Under the pieces are notes generated by a model. The model had not been told where the DNA came from, made no database searches, and saw nothing but the letters and a program-made list of their open reading frames with translations. A DNA stretch of 64,000 nucleotides, taken from NCBI GenBank assembly GCA_963748215.1, contig CAVVHS010000004.1, positions 38,737 through 102,736 of the forward strand, given 5' to 3'. This document shows, one piece after another, positions 12,143 through 23,360 of the stretch. This stretch comes from an uncultured Gammaproteobacteria bacterium. GTDB taxonomy: Bacteria; Pseudomonadota; Gammaproteobacteria; UBA9214. Position 1 is the first letter of the stretch. Each line of letters opens with the position of its first letter. Position numbers and translations under genes: made by a program.

Positions 12143-13203
12143 ACCGGTCATTCTGGAAAGACAAACGGGTTTTCATCACCGGCCATACCGGCTTCAAGGG
12201 CAGCTGGCTGTCGCTGTGGCTGTCCGGACTGGGTGCCGAGGTTCATGGCTACGCCCTCCAACCACCGACCGAGCCGAATTTCTTCACGGTTTGCGGCATG
12301 CAACAGCGCCTCGCCAGCAGCACCATCGCCGATGTCCGCGATATCGATACACTGACCCGGGCACTGCAGGCCGCGCGGCCCGATATTGTTCTCCACCTGG
12401 CCGCGCAGTCACTGGTGCGCTACTCCTACACGGCACCCGTGGAGACCTATGCCGTCAATGTCATGGGCACGGTCAACCTGCTCGAGGCCGTGCGCCACGT
12501 CCCCGGTGTCATGGCCGTGGTCAATGTCACGAGCGACAAATGTTATGAAAATCGCGAGTGGGTCTGGCCCTATCGCGAGAATGAGGCCATGGGTGGCTAC
12601 GATCCCTACTCCAGCAGCAAGGGCTGCGCGGAACTCGTCTCTGCGGCCTATCGCCAGTCTTTCCTGGAGGCAGCCGGCGTACAGCTGGCCAGCGCGCGCG
12701 CCGGCAATGTCATCGGCGGCGGCGACTGGGCCGAAGATCGCCTGCTCCCCGATTTTCTGCGGGCGCTCGATGCCGGCGAAAAACTGAAGATTCGCGCGCC
12801 TGGCGCCACACGTCCCTGGCAGCATGTGCTCGAACCGCTCTCCGGCTACCTGATGCTGGCGGAGAAACTCGGCACGGAAGGCCCCGGCTTTGCAGAGGCG
12901 TGGAATTTCGGACCCGAGGAAGCGGACGCCAGAACGGTGCAGTGGATCGTCGAATCCCTGTGCAGCCGGCTGCCCGGTGCACAATGGCAGTGCGAGAACG
13001 CGCAGCAGACCCATGAGGCAAATGCCTTGCGGCTGGACAGTTCCATGGCCAGATCCAGGCTGGGATGGTACCCGCGCTGGAACCTGCAGACTGCACTCGA
13101 CAAGACCCTGGCCTGGCACCAGGCCTGGCGAGAGGGCCAGGACATGGCGGCCGTCAGCCTGCAGCAGATTCATGACTACGAGGCAACGGCAAGGCCGGCA
13201 TGA
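12139..13203 (+). CDS. rfbG: CDP-glucose 4,6-dehydratase
   Basis: [52 protein letters not shown]. Confidence 0.96.
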   Translation: MNRSFWKDKRVFITGHTGFKGSWLSLWLSGLGAEVHGYALQPPTEPNFFTVCGMQQRLASSTIADVRDIDTLTRALQAARPDIVLHLAAQSLVRYSYTAPVETYAVNVMGTVNLLEAVRHVPGVMAVVNVTSDKCYENREWVWPYRENEAMGGYDPYSSSKGCAELVSAAYRQSFLEAAGVQLASARAGNVIGGGDWAEDRLLPDFLRALDAGEKLKIRAPGATRPWQHVLEPLSGYLMLAEKLGTEGPGFAEAWNFGPEEADARTVQWIVESLCSRLPGAQWQCENAQQTHEANALRLDSSMARSRLGWYPRWNLQTALDKTLAWHQAWREGQDMAAVSLQQIHDYEATARPA

Positions 13204-13763
13204 GCACCCGCTTCGAGATTCTCGCCACGCCCATCAGCGACCTGCGGATACTGCAGCGCAAGCCGCTCGGAGACGACCGGGGTTACCTGGAGCGCCTGTT
13301 CTGCACTGAAGAACTGCATGCTGTCCTGTCCGGCAAGACCATCGCCCAGATCAATCACACGCTCACCGCCAGCCAGGGCACGGTGCGCGGCATGCACTTC
13401 CAGCACCCGCCCCATGCCGAGACCAAGTTTGTCAGCTGTCTGCGGGGCGAGGTGTTCGATGTGGCACTGGATCTGCGCAATGATTCACCCACCTTCCTGC
13501 GCTGGCATGCCGAGATACTGAGCGCTGACAACCACCGGAGCCTGGTCATCCCGGAAGGCTTTGCCCATGGCTTCCAGACCCTGAGCGACAACTGCGAGAT
13601 GCTGTACTTCCATACCGCCCCCCATAACCCCGAGGCAGAAGGCGGACTGAACGTAAACGATCCACGACTCGGCATCACATGGCCATTGCCGGTCACCGGC
13701 CTCTCGCCGCGTGATGCCGGACACCCGCCAGTGAAAGGTGACTTTGCAGGGGTCACGTCATGA
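13200..13763 (+). CDS. rfbC: dTDP-4-dehydrorhamnose 3,5-epimerase family
   Basis: DDRGYLER, GTVRGMHFQ, DVALDLR, IPEGFAHGFQTL. Confidence 0.9.
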   Translation: MSTRFEILATPISDLRILQRKPLGDDRGYLERLFCTEELHAVLSGKTIAQINHTLTASQGTVRGMHFQHPPHAETKFVSCLRGEVFDVALDLRNDSPTFLRWHAEILSADNHRSLVIPEGFAHGFQTLSDNCEMLYFHTAPHNPEAEGGLNVNDPRLGITWPLPVTGLSPRDAGHPPVKGDFAGVTS

Positions 13764-14986
13764 AATGCCGACACTGCGGCGCGTCGCTCGATCTGCCGCT
13801 GGTCGACCTGGGCAGCGCCCCCCCGTCCAACGCCTACCTCACGGAACAGGCACTGCATGCCCCGGAACTCTGGTTTCCCCTGCGGGTACTGGTATGCGAG
13901 AACTGCTGGCTGGTGCAAACCGAGGATTTTTCCCGGGCTGACGAGTTGTTCGATGCCGAATACGCCTACTTCAGCGGTTTCTCGAGCAGCTGGCTGACTC
14001 ATTGCGAACGCTATGTCAACGACATGGCAGCGCGCTTTGCGCTGGACACCAACAGTCATGTGGTCGAAATCGCCGCCAACGACGGTTACCTGCTGCAATA
14101 CGTCAAGGCACGCGAAATCCCCTGCACCGGCGTGGAACCAACCGCAAGTACTGCCGCCGCCGCACGCGCCAGGGGCATCCCGATCGTCGAGGACTTCTTC
14201 GGGGTGCGGCTGGCGCAGGAGCTGGCCGCCAATGGCAAGCAGGCCGACCTGACCGCGGCCAACAACGTGCTGGCGCACGTGCCGGACATCAACGATTTCG
14301 TGGCAGGCTTCGCCGTATTGTTAAAGCCGCACGGTGTCGCCACCTTCGAGTTTCCGCACCTGTTGCGCCTGATCAGCGAAAGCCAGTTCGACACTATCTA
14401 CCACGAACACTTCTCCTACCTGTCACTCACCGCGGTCCGCCGCATCTTTGCCGCAGCCGGGCTTGACATGTTCGACGTGGAAGAACACCCCACCCACGGC
14501 GGCAGCCTGCGCGTGTTCGCACAGCGCAGCGATACCGGACAGCACCCGCACAGTGAACATGTCGATGAACTGCTGCTGCGGGAGAAACAGGCCGGCCTGT
14601 GCAGTGCTGATTTCTACCGCGGCTTTCAGGCGAAGACTGATCGGATCAAGAATGACTTCCTGGCTTTTCTGATCGAGGCCAGGCGCCAGGACAAGACGGT
14701 GGCGGCCTACGGTGCCGCCGCCAAGGGCAATACCCTGATGAACTATGCCGGCATCCGCCCGGACCTTGTCGCGTACGTGGCGGACCGCAACCCGGCCAAA
14801 CAGGGCAAATACATGCCCGGCAGCCGGATCCCCATCGTCGACGAGGCAGGCCTGCAGACTGCCCGGCCGGATTACGTGGTATTACTGCCGTGGAATCTCA
14901 AGACAGAGCTGATGGAACAGCTCGATTACATTCGGGACTGGGGCGGAAAGTTCGTCATCGCCGTACCCCGTCTGGAGCTGTTATGA
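13760..14986 (+). CDS. NDP-sugar C-methyltransferase (Zn-binding N-terminus)
   Basis: CRHC...CENCWLVQ, EIAANDGYLL, FDTIYHEH, YGAAAKGNTL. Confidence 0.88.
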   Translation: MKCRHCGASLDLPLVDLGSAPPSNAYLTEQALHAPELWFPLRVLVCENCWLVQTEDFSRADELFDAEYAYFSGFSSSWLTHCERYVNDMAARFALDTNSHVVEIAANDGYLLQYVKAREIPCTGVEPTASTAAAARARGIPIVEDFFGVRLAQELAANGKQADLTAANNVLAHVPDINDFVAGFAVLLKPHGVATFEFPHLLRLISESQFDTIYHEHFSYLSLTAVRRIFAAAGLDMFDVEEHPTHGGSLRVFAQRSDTGQHPHSEHVDELLLREKQAGLCSADFYRGFQAKTDRIKNDFLAFLIEARRQDKTVAAYGAAAKGNTLMNYAGIRPDLVAYVADRNPAKQGKYMPGSRIPIVDEAGLQTARPDYVVLLPWNLKTELMEQLDYIRDWGGKFVIAVPRLELL

Positions 14987-15033
14987 ACACGCGCATTCAC
15001 TACACGAAGCCGTCGATCACCGAACTCGAGATC
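14983..15033 (+). pseudogene. N-terminal stub of a DegT/DnrJ/EryC1-type sugar aminotransferase
   Basis: MNTRIHYTKPSITELE, translationally coupled to the upstream gene, then an abrupt switch to unrelated AT-richer sequence. Confidence 0.6.
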
Positions 15034-15236
15034 GGCAATTCCGTGCCGAAGTGCAAACCAACAGTACCGGCACAACAGCATCGATCTTTAATACAAGATG
15101 GAGATGACCCGATTGGCGACCGTGCAAGCCAGACTTGCGGCGTATTGAAGTGAATGAAACAGGTTATATTATGTTAGATTCCTGAAGGCACGGTTTGTAC
15201 CGGAGCAACAATGATGCAGACACAACCAGAATATTC

Positions 15237-16082
15237 ATGAAAATTGCAGTTACTGGAGCCAATGGGTTTATCGGTCGGCATGTGCTTGCTGAATTAGCAA
15301 AGCATCCAGTTGAGATTACATCTATCGTAAGACGCTTATCTACTTCACCGCCCGAATCAACAAGTATAAAAATAATCGAGCTGGACATTCACCACAGCCC
15401 TGCAAATGCATATGAACTCCTGGGACACCCTGATGCTCTTATACATCTGGCATGGAGTGGATTGCCGAATTACAGATCACTTCATCACTTCGAGCAAGAA
15501 CTACAGAAGCAGTATCAATTTTTGCGACGTCTCGTTATGTCTGGCCTCCGGACATTAGTTGTAGCGGGAACCTGTCTTGAATATGGCATGCAATCAGGTG
15601 TACTGAATGAAGACATGGCGGCCCACCCTAACACCCCTTATGGATTTGCCAAGGATGTACTACGGCAGCAACTTGAATACTTGCAACAAACACATTCTTT
15701 TTCATTGACATGGGCGCGATTATTCTACGTCTATGGCGAGGGACAATCTGGGAATTCGCTGCTTCCACAATTGCGGAGCGCGGTTGATCAGGGAGAGAAA
15801 GTCTTCAACATGTCCGGCGGCAAGCAGTTACGGGATTATTTGCATGTTTCAGAAGTAGCGAAATCCCTTGTTTCATTGGCGATCAGTGGTGAAAACATCG
15901 GTATAATAAACATCTGCTCTGGAACGCCGATCTCTGTTCAAACACTGGTTGAGAAATGGATCAAGGATAACAATTGGGAGATCAACCTCAACCTGGGCCA
16001 TTACCCCTACCCCGATTATGAGCCAATGGAATTCTGGGGAGACAGGCGCAAGCTGGATAGCTACCTGAAGCCTGCAAAATGA
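15237..16082 (+). CDS. NAD-dependent sugar epimerase/reductase
   Basis: VTGANGFIGRH, HLAW, YGFAK, RLFYVYG, RDYLHV. Confidence 0.88.
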   Translation: MKIAVTGANGFIGRHVLAELAKHPVEITSIVRRLSTSPPESTSIKIIELDIHHSPANAYELLGHPDALIHLAWSGLPNYRSLHHFEQELQKQYQFLRRLVMSGLRTLVVAGTCLEYGMQSGVLNEDMAAHPNTPYGFAKDVLRQQLEYLQQTHSFSLTWARLFYVYGEGQSGNSLLPQLRSAVDQGEKVFNMSGGKQLRDYLHVSEVAKSLVSLAISGENIGIINICSGTPISVQTLVEKWIKDNNWEINLNLGHYPYPDYEPMEFWGDRRKLDSYLKPAK

Positions 16083-17158
16083 ACATCTCTAATCTCAAGG
16101 AACTCTACAAAGCAGACAGGCTGCCCGTATTCCAGAATCATATGTTTAATACACATGAAGAGGCGATCAACTGTGTAACGGGTGACATGCTACTGGCCCA
16201 GAATCTGGAAACGGGTTTGATTTCCAACCAGGCTTTTAATCCAGAGTTGATGCAATACGATGCCGGCTATCAAAATGAACAGGCCCACAGCAATATTTTC
16301 CAAAAACATTTGCACGATGTTGTAAATGTAATACAACGGAATTTCCAGAATGCCACACTGATTGAAGTTGGTTGTGGCAAGGGCTATTTTCTTGAACAAC
16401 TTCAATCTCTGGGATTTACAATAACCGGCCTGGATCCTGCTTATGAGGGCAATAATCCAGATATTATTAAAGAATACTTTACCCCCTTTACCGGGTTACA
16501 GGCGAATGGACTTATTTTGCGCCATGTTCTTGAACATGTGCGGAACCCGGTGGAATTTCTTGTCAATCTCCGCGATGCAAATGGCAGCCAGGGCCAAATT
16601 TATATTGAAGTACCCTGTTTCGACTGGATTTGCCAGCATCGTGCCTGGTTTGACGTGTTCTATGAACATGTAAATTATTTCCGCCTCTCTGATTTCAAAC
16701 GCATGTTTAGTCATATTCATGAGGCAGGACATCTTTTCGGAGGACAATATATTTATGTTGTTGCCGATCTTGCAAGCATCCATGAGCCTATCAGGGACAA
16801 ATCTGACAACTTCATTTTCCCAGCTGACTTCCTTGACTCAGTTGATGAATTTTCGCGCACGATAAAAACCCATGGCAATAGTTCAGTGGTATGGGGAGCC
16901 GCGTCAAAAGGAGTTATTTTTTCGCTTTTCATGCAAAGAGCCGAGGCAAACATTAACTTCGTTGTCGACATAAACCCTGCAAAGCAGGGCAGGTTCCTGG
17001 CCGCTACAGGTTTAAGGGTCGAGGCACCGGAAACGATAATTGATCGACTCGAGGCAGATGCACACATATTCGTTATGAATGGCAATTACCTTCCCGAAAT
17101 CAAAAAGCTAACCAATAACCAGTTTAACTATATCACGGTGGATCATGAAAGCATTTGA
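16079..17158 (+). CDS. SAM-dependent (C-)methyltransferase
   Basis: IEVGCGKG, RHVLEHV, YEHVNYF, WGAASKG, VDINPAKQG. Confidence 0.82.
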   Translation: MNISNLKELYKADRLPVFQNHMFNTHEEAINCVTGDMLLAQNLETGLISNQAFNPELMQYDAGYQNEQAHSNIFQKHLHDVVNVIQRNFQNATLIEVGCGKGYFLEQLQSLGFTITGLDPAYEGNNPDIIKEYFTPFTGLQANGLILRHVLEHVRNPVEFLVNLRDANGSQGQIYIEVPCFDWICQHRAWFDVFYEHVNYFRLSDFKRMFSHIHEAGHLFGGQYIYVVADLASIHEPIRDKSDNFIFPADFLDSVDEFSRTIKTHGNSSVVWGAASKGVIFSLFMQRAEANINFVVDINPAKQGRFLAATGLRVEAPETIIDRLEADAHIFVMNGNYLPEIKKLTNNQFNYITVDHESI

Positions 17159-17912
17159 ACAAGAAGCACAGGAACGGATCAACGCAAATGAGAAAGACCG
17201 CGCACTGATGAAAAGCGCCGCTTCATTTATGCAAGCATCAATCATCCAACAATATTCTTACAATTTTTCCTGGCTCGGCCGCCCTGTCATCCAGTATCCA
17301 CAGGATATCGTGGCCATGCAGGAACTGATCTGGACTATCAGGCCCGACCTGATCATCGAAACCGGTATCGCCCATGGCGGCTCACTGATATTCAGCGCCT
17401 CGATGCTGGCCCTGCTGGACATGGCTGAAGCCATCGAGACCTCCAGCACCATCGATCCCGGCACTTCCCGGCGCAAGGTATTGGGAATAGACATTGACAT
17501 ACGCGCCCACAACCGCGCAGCCATAGAAGCCCACCCGATGGCCTCCCGAATCCAGATGATCCAGGGCTCCAGCATCGCACCGGAAATTATTGAACAGATC
17601 AATCAAGTGGCATCGAACTACAAGCGCGTCCTTGTCTGCCTCGACTCCAACCACACCCACGAACATGTGCTGGCGGAACTGGAAGCCTATGCACCACTAA
17701 CGTCGCCCGGAAGTTACTGCGTGGTATTCGATACTATCGTCGAGGATATGCCTGCCGAGCTGTTCCCCGACCGCCCCTGGGGACCGGGAAACAACCCGAA
17801 AACAGCTATCAGGGAATATCTCAAAAGCCACCCGGAATTTGAAGTCGACAAGAGCATTGAGCATAAATTATTGATTACGGTGGCGCCCGATGGATACCTG
17901 AAAAGGGTATAA
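17145..17912 (+). CDS. Cephalosporin hydroxylase (CmcI)-family / sugar O-methyltransferase
   Basis: WLGRPVIQYPQD, PDLIIETGIAHGGS, LDSNHTHEHV, WGPGNNPKTA. Confidence 0.9.
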   Translation: MKAFEQEAQERINANEKDRALMKSAASFMQASIIQQYSYNFSWLGRPVIQYPQDIVAMQELIWTIRPDLIIETGIAHGGSLIFSASMLALLDMAEAIETSSTIDPGTSRRKVLGIDIDIRAHNRAAIEAHPMASRIQMIQGSSIAPEIIEQINQVASNYKRVLVCLDSNHTHEHVLAELEAYAPLTSPGSYCVVFDTIVEDMPAELFPDRPWGPGNNPKTAIREYLKSHPEFEVDKSIEHKLLITVAPDGYLKRV

Positions 17913-17974
17913 CGAGAAAATCAATAGCGCCGCTTTTCACAATACAATACCGCCGAATTCCTGATCATCGTTTT

Positions 17975-18898
17975 ATGAAAAACGGGCTAACGATCGGCAT
18001 TCCCGTATACAACGAGGAAGAACGCATCGAAAAAGCCATTCGATGTGCTGCAGATCAGTGCGAAAGACTGATTGTCGCCGACAACGCCTCTACCGACGAC
18101 ACCGGCGCTGTATGCAAACGGCTGCTGCAACAATTCCCGAACATGAAATATATCCGCAACCCGGAGAACGTCGGCGCAATAAATAACTGGTTTCGCATAC
18201 TGGAAAATACCGAAACACCCTACATTATGTTCCTGGGGAGTCACGACCATATCGAAAACAACTACGTCGGAAAAGTCCTGGCGGCCCTTGAAAACGATGA
18301 ATCCATTGAAGTCGCGACAGGCGAGCTGTATTTCGATTATGGCATGCGGGAAGAACCAGTCTCTTCATACAACAACTGGACCGGCGGCATGGATCAGAAC
18401 GCGTACTCCAGAGTTCGCGCCTTTCTATTCGACCGCGCACATCTTGCCTGGGGCGCTTATGGCATTTATAGAACTTCATCGTTCAGACAATGTTTCACAG
18501 ACGACCTGCCTGAGTATGGCGTTGACATCATCTTCCTGACGAGAATACTGAATATTGGCCGTTTCATTATTGTCAAAGGGACAGGTTTTCATGCCTGGAT
18601 ACGCAACGAGAAAGACGCAAAGACCGATTACCTGGAGCGTGTTGTCGCAAAAAAACATGCGTCAAACGAAAGATTGCAGATGCGCAACGATTTCCGCGTG
18701 GCCCAGCATCAGGGAATAATGAATTTCTTTCCGTCGGCAGGCTTTCTGAAAAAGCTGGCGCTTCGATATGAGTCCATGGTGCGTTTTGGCACATTCAGGA
18801 AACCGGGACTTGATACCCTGTTTTTCCTGCTCTACATACCGGTCAAGCTGGTCCGCAAATTCGACCGTGCATCCCGCCGGGCACAACACGATAGCTGA
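17975..18898 (+). CDS. GT2 glycosyltransferase
   Basis: TIGIPVYNEE, VADNASTD, NVGAINN. Confidence 0.85.
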   Translation: MKNGLTIGIPVYNEEERIEKAIRCAADQCERLIVADNASTDDTGAVCKRLLQQFPNMKYIRNPENVGAINNWFRILENTETPYIMFLGSHDHIENNYVGKVLAALENDESIEVATGELYFDYGMREEPVSSYNNWTGGMDQNAYSRVRAFLFDRAHLAWGAYGIYRTSSFRQCFTDDLPEYGVDIIFLTRILNIGRFIIVKGTGFHAWIRNEKDAKTDYLERVVAKKHASNERLQMRNDFRVAQHQGIMNFFPSAGFLKKLALRYESMVRFGTFRKPGLDTLFFLLYIPVKLVRKFDRASRRAQHDS

Positions 18899-18924
18899 AA
18901 ATACCGCTTCCAAACCGTCAAGCC

Positions 18925-19992
18925 CTAGCGACCGGGATAGCACTCCAGTGGCCAGACGTAGGCATGTGAAAACGGCATTCCTAGCGTCGCCTCGATCATG
19001 TACTGCGACACGAGTCGCTCGTTGAACTCACGGTGCGCCAGTTCGTAACCGGTTCCGGCAATCTTCTGTCGCTCGGCATCATGCTGCGCATAGAAGCGCA
19101 GCTTATCGATGAAGTCATCGGCCCCGCCCACCTCGACCAGCGCATCCGGGCCATACAGCTCGCCAAGACTGAAGGCACTGGTCGAGAACACCAGCAGGCC
19201 GTTGCCCATGAACAGGCCGATACGGTCCGAGGAGTAAAGGTACAGCTCGCCGCCCGGTCCGGATTTCGCCGCTGCGGTACGCTGGCTGAAGTTGAGACCG
19301 ATTTTCGCCTCGCCAAGGGCACGCATGAACGCCGCACCGTACAGTGGCTTGCCGACTCCAAGACCGTGCGCGGAGCACCGCACTTCGGGAAGCCGTTCCT
19401 GAATCAGCAACGGCGCACGCCCGCGCAGGTCCCCGGGATCACTCCAGTCGGATACGTGCCCCGCGAAAAACACGTCAAACGCCTGGTCCGTCCGCTCGTG
19501 GCAACGATGGACATCGATGCTGCTGTCCACGGCGTTGGGGATGAATGACACAGCTGATCTCGATCCGGCAATACATGCAATCACCGGTCCGGCCGTGGTT
19601 ACAAAGGCATGGTCCAGCACGTCTGCCTTGCTGCGCGCATCGTGAACATTATCAGAAATGAACAGGGCGTCGATGTAATACTGGAAGATCGCCACGTTCG
19701 GTAGAATGCGCCGCGCCTCGGCCAGTGTCTCCGGTTTGATAATATCCGCCGAACACAAGGCAATCACATCCGGCTCGAAGTTCCGACACACCTCCAGGAA
19801 CTTGCGGTTGCAGGCACCCACCCCTGTCTTGCGGCTGCCGAACAGGGATGAGTAACGCGCCATGTCACGGTCACTGAACCAGTAGACCTCGTGATTGTTG
19901 CGGATAAAGCCGTTGTTGATCCGCACCGGCAGGAAGTAGTTGCGGGCACCCAGGGATTTCATGTGGGTATGTGAGGCGTGCAGGATTCTCAT
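18925..19992 (-). CDS. CgeB-like glycosyltransferase (Glyco_trans_1_2)
   Basis: NGFIRNNH, KIGLNFS, YSSDRI..GNG, RQKIAGTG. Confidence 0.75.
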   Translation of the reverse strand: MRILHASHTHMKSLGARNYFLPVRINNGFIRNNHEVYWFSDRDMARYSSLFGSRKTGVGACNRKFLEVCRNFEPDVIALCSADIIKPETLAEARRILPNVAIFQYYIDALFISDNVHDARSKADVLDHAFVTTAGPVIACIAGSRSAVSFIPNAVDSSIDVHRCHERTDQAFDVFFAGHVSDWSDPGDLRGRAPLLIQERLPEVRCSAHGLGVGKPLYGAAFMRALGEAKIGLNFSQRTAAAKSGPGGELYLYSSDRIGLFMGNGLLVFSTSAFSLGELYGPDALVEVGGADDFIDKLRFYAQHDAERQKIAGTGYELAHREFNERLVSQYMIEATLGMPFSHAYVWPLECYPGR

Positions 19993-20138
19993 GGCCGGTT
20001 CCGTGTGTGTTCTGCGCGTCTGTCAGCAGCGGCATTCACGACGACACAGCTGTTTCCTTCACAGGTATCGCGGGATGCAGAATTGCGGATGCGACGTGGA
20101 CAGGGAGGACAGAAATCAGACAGGCGTCCTGCCTTCAT

Positions 20139-20175
20139 CCCCTCTCCCCAACCCTCTCCCGGAGGGAGAGGGAGC
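20139..20175. repeat. Short palindromic element CCCTCTCCCCAACCCTCTCCC-GGA-GGGAGAGGG
   Basis: 9-bp stem with a GGA loop, preceded by a duplicated arm; single copy in the window. Confidence 0.65.
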
Positions 20176-20191
20176 ATGCTGGTCAGCAGCG

Positions 20192-21253
20192 TCATGATGA
20201 CAAGCCCGCCAGCAGACCGGACAACTGGTCACGCAGCACCGTCCTGGAAAAATACTGCCGGCTGGTTTGCGCCGCGGCCTCGCCCAGCGCGGGCAGCCGG
20301 TTGGGTGCCGCCGCCAGCCGCGCCACCTGCTTCGCCAGCGCGTGCGCATCCCCGGCCGATACCCAGACCAGCCCGCTGTCATCAGCATCAGTCAGCGCCG
20401 CCGGGTAGGCCTCCGAACTGCACGTCACGACGGGCCGGCCGCAGGCCAGCGCCTGGTAGACCTTGTTGGGAATGACCCGGCCCGCCTTCGGTGTCGTGCC
20501 GAAGATGCCGAGCAGGATGTCGGCCTGCCGGATGCGTGCCGGCAATTCCTCGTAGGGCAGCCAGTCCTCGAAGCGGACGTTGGTCAGCGCCGCAGCCGCC
20601 GCCTCGCACCGCTTGCGCAGCGGGCCCTGCCCGAGCAGCGTCCGACTCTGCGGCGGCCCCTGGTACTGGCGGGCCGCCTCGACCACGACCTGCGGCCCCT
20701 GCAGCGGGATGAAGCTGCCGAAGAACAGCGCCTCCAGCGGTTGATCGCCACGCAGCGGGGCGGCCGGACCGGGCCGGAACAGGGCCGCCTCGGCACCGAC
20801 ATAGACCACTGCGAGCCGCGTCCTGTCCACCCCGAGCACTTGCGCGAAATAATCGACATGCGCAGGCGTATCGGCCAGCACACGATCGGCGCGCTGGAAT
20901 TGCGTCCGCTCCCTGACCAGCAGCTTCCTGACCGCGCGCGCACTGCCGGGCGCGATCTTGCCCCGCTCGTCGACCTGCTTGTCATAGGCGGAGATGAGCG
21001 GATCGAAAACCAGCGGCACGCCCTGGCGCCGCGCCCAGCGACTCGCCGCCGCCAGGTCGCGCTGACGAAAACACGGCACCCAGACCAGGTCGGGGCGCGG
21101 GATGCGTCGCAGGTGTGCCTCCAGGTCACCCGGCGCGCTGAGCCGGGGATGAAAATCCCGGACCTCCCAGCCCAGCTCGCCGAACAGCTGGCGCAGGATG
21201 CGGTTGCGGGAATAGCCGGGATCGAATCGTCCCCACCAGAGTACCGTGTTCAT
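20192..21253 (-). CDS. GT4 glycosyltransferase
   Basis: YSRNRIL, DPLISAYD, FFGSFIPLQG, GIFGTTPKAGRVIPNKVYQALA. Confidence 0.85.
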   Translation of the reverse strand: MNTVLWWGRFDPGYSRNRILRQLFGELGWEVRDFHPRLSAPGDLEAHLRRIPRPDLVWVPCFRQRDLAAASRWARRQGVPLVFDPLISAYDKQVDERGKIAPGSARAVRKLLVRERTQFQRADRVLADTPAHVDYFAQVLGVDRTRLAVVYVGAEAALFRPGPAAPLRGDQPLEALFFGSFIPLQGPQVVVEAARQYQGPPQSRTLLGQGPLRKRCEAAAAALTNVRFEDWLPYEELPARIRQADILLGIFGTTPKAGRVIPNKVYQALACGRPVVTCSSEAYPAALTDADDSGLVWVSAGDAHALAKQVARLAAAPNRLPALGEAAAQTSRQYFSRTVLRDQLSGLLAGLSS

Positions 21254-22390
21254 GGCGAGCCGCTGCCCGCGTCCCCGTCTGCCAGCTGCCGGTACAGGTC
21301 CAGCGTCCTGTCCAGCATGTCATCGAGGGTGTAGGCATTGCCCGGCGGCACGGCTGACGGTGTCTCGAGGAGTTGCGCCGTGCGCTCCAGCAACCCGGAG
21401 GTATCGCCGCGCGCCACCTTGCCCGCGGGGTAGAGCGCATCGAGGATCTCTCCCACGCCGCCGTGTGCGTAACCGATCACCGGCACACCGAGGCTGAGCG
21501 CCTCGAGTACCGTCCTGCCAAAGGATTCCGGCTTGTTCGACAGGGACAGGACGATATCCGAAAACGCATAAACCTCGCGGATGTCCCTGCGCTGCCCGGT
21601 GAACGTGATGCGAGCCGCCATCCGCCTGTCATCAACGAGCTGTTGCAGTTCCCTGATGTAGGATTGCCGCCCCGGATCGAGATGACCCACAATCAGGCCA
21701 TGCACATCGTGACCCTGCGCCACCAGGGCCGCGATCAGCCCGATGAAATCCTCATGTCCCTTCAGGCGCGTCAGCCGCCCCGGCAGCGTCAGCACCCGGC
21801 GTCCCTTCAACAACGGGTACTGGCCATACCATGCGTCCAGCCAGTCCACATCGGGCCGGTAGCCGTACGGGAACTCGGCCCGGTCCACGCCGCGGTGGAT
21901 GGTGACGACGCGCTGCGGATCGACAGCCGGGTAATTGTCGAGGATGTAGTTGCGCACCGTGTCCGACACGGCAATCACGCGCTCGCCGCGGGTCATGATT
22001 GCGCTGTAGCGGTTGACCGAGTAAAGCCCGTGCACGGTCGTGACGAAACGCGGCCGCCCGGCAGCCGGCAGGCCACGCCAGGCCAGCCAGGCGACCCACG
22101 CCGGCAGGCGCGAACGCGCATGCAGGATATCCACGCCCTGCTCGCGCAACAGCCGGCGCAACGGACGCACCTGCAACAGCGTGGCCAGCGATTTCCTGCC
22201 CACCGGCAGACTGATATGCGTCGGACCCCGCCGCGATCAGGGCCTCGACCAGCCGGCCGCCGGCCGATACCACGAGCGAACGATGGCCTGCCGCGACCAG
22301 CGCCGCCGCCACTTCCAGCGTGCCACGCTCCACACCGCCGCTTTCCAGCGCCGGCAGGATCTGCAGCACCGTCAGTCTGCGCCCAGCCAT
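21250..22390 (-). CDS. GT4 glycosyltransferase (+1 frameshift near 22225)
   Basis: [16 protein letters not shown], then [35 protein letters not shown]. Confidence 0.85.
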
Positions 22391-23352
22391 CGTTCCGCTA
22401 TCCAGGCGGCACAGCGTGCCGCCTCGTCGAAGGGTTCAGCCGGTGGCTGCAACGCTTTGCCCTGCTGCCAGGTGTCGAATGCCGTGACCAGCCCGTCCCG
22501 CAACAGCTGCGCCACCCCACGCGCCAGGCGGTCACGTTCGTTGCGCCATGGCACCGAGAGCAGCCCGACCGCGGCACCCGCGGTCAGGGCCTCGTACACC
22601 ATGGACACGCTGTCCTGCGTGACCCAGACCCGCGCCGCCCGGGCCAGCTGCTCCGGCAGCCAGTCGGGGCCGGTCTGGTCGCAGGGTACAACCGTCAGTT
22701 GCGGCACATCCGTGTCGAGCTGTGCCAGGAAATCCGCCGGCGTACGGCGCGAGGTGGTCAGCGTCCAGCGCACGTCGGGCGTGCGCGACAGCACGGCATC
22801 GATCTGCCCGGCCACCGCCGTACCGGACCATGTCACGTGCTCGGACGGGCCACCGACCAGGATCAGCCCGGCGCGCTCGTCCTTTGCCGCGTCGCGCCGG
22901 ACCCGGTTCAGCACGCCGCGCGTGACCAGGATGTTCTCCCTGTGAGTCGTCCGGTCATGCGCGGGTATCACGCACAGGTCGAACCAGGCGGTCGGCAGGG
23001 TCGGTTTCATCAATACCACGACCCTGCCGCCGCGTACCCGGCGGGCATTGAGCATGGGCAGGTGCGTGGCATGACCCGCGCCGATGATCAGGTCCGGGTC
23101 GGGCGCTTCCAGCCTGGACGCCGTGCGCCCTGTCAGGCAGGCCACCAGCCCGGCCCGGCAATCCACAATCTGTATCGGAAAATCATCGACGGGGACGTGC
23201 GTACGCAAGGCTGCCAGCAAACCCTGTGTCTGATTGTCGTGGCCGGGCTTGCCATCCGTGAAACGCCAGACGATCAGCGGGCGGCGTTCAGGGGATGCGT
23301 GGATGAGGGGTCGCCTGACGGCAGCGCCGGATTCAGGAATGCGCGCGGCCAA
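22372..23352 (-). CDS. ELM1/GtrOC1-family putative glycosyltransferase
   Basis: [39 protein letters not shown]. Confidence 0.82.
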   Translation of the reverse strand: MAARIPESGAAVRRPLIHASPERRPLIVWRFTDGKPGHDNQTQGLLAALRTHVPVDDFPIQIVDCRAGLVACLTGRTASRLEAPDPDLIIGAGHATHLPMLNARRVRGGRVVVLMKPTLPTAWFDLCVIPAHDRTTHRENILVTRGVLNRVRRDAAKDERAGLILVGGPSEHVTWSGTAVAGQIDAVLSRTPDVRWTLTTSRRTPADFLAQLDTDVPQLTVVPCDQTGPDWLPEQLARAARVWVTQDSVSMVYEALTAGAAVGLLSVPWRNERDRLARGVAQLLRDGLVTAFDTWQQGKALQPPAEPFDEAARCAAWIAERWLGAD

Positions 23353-23360
23353 GGCCGCGC

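Noticed and set aside
4561-22390. Frameshifts (hemerythrin, FkbM, GT10, GT4; also cytochrome c near 63458) as pseudogenes, phase variation or programmed frameshifting
   Set aside because: All are single +1 insertions, mostly in short homopolymers, with otherwise intact frames and no slippery or long repeat tracts. Long-read consensus error is the simplest explanation; read polishing would decide.
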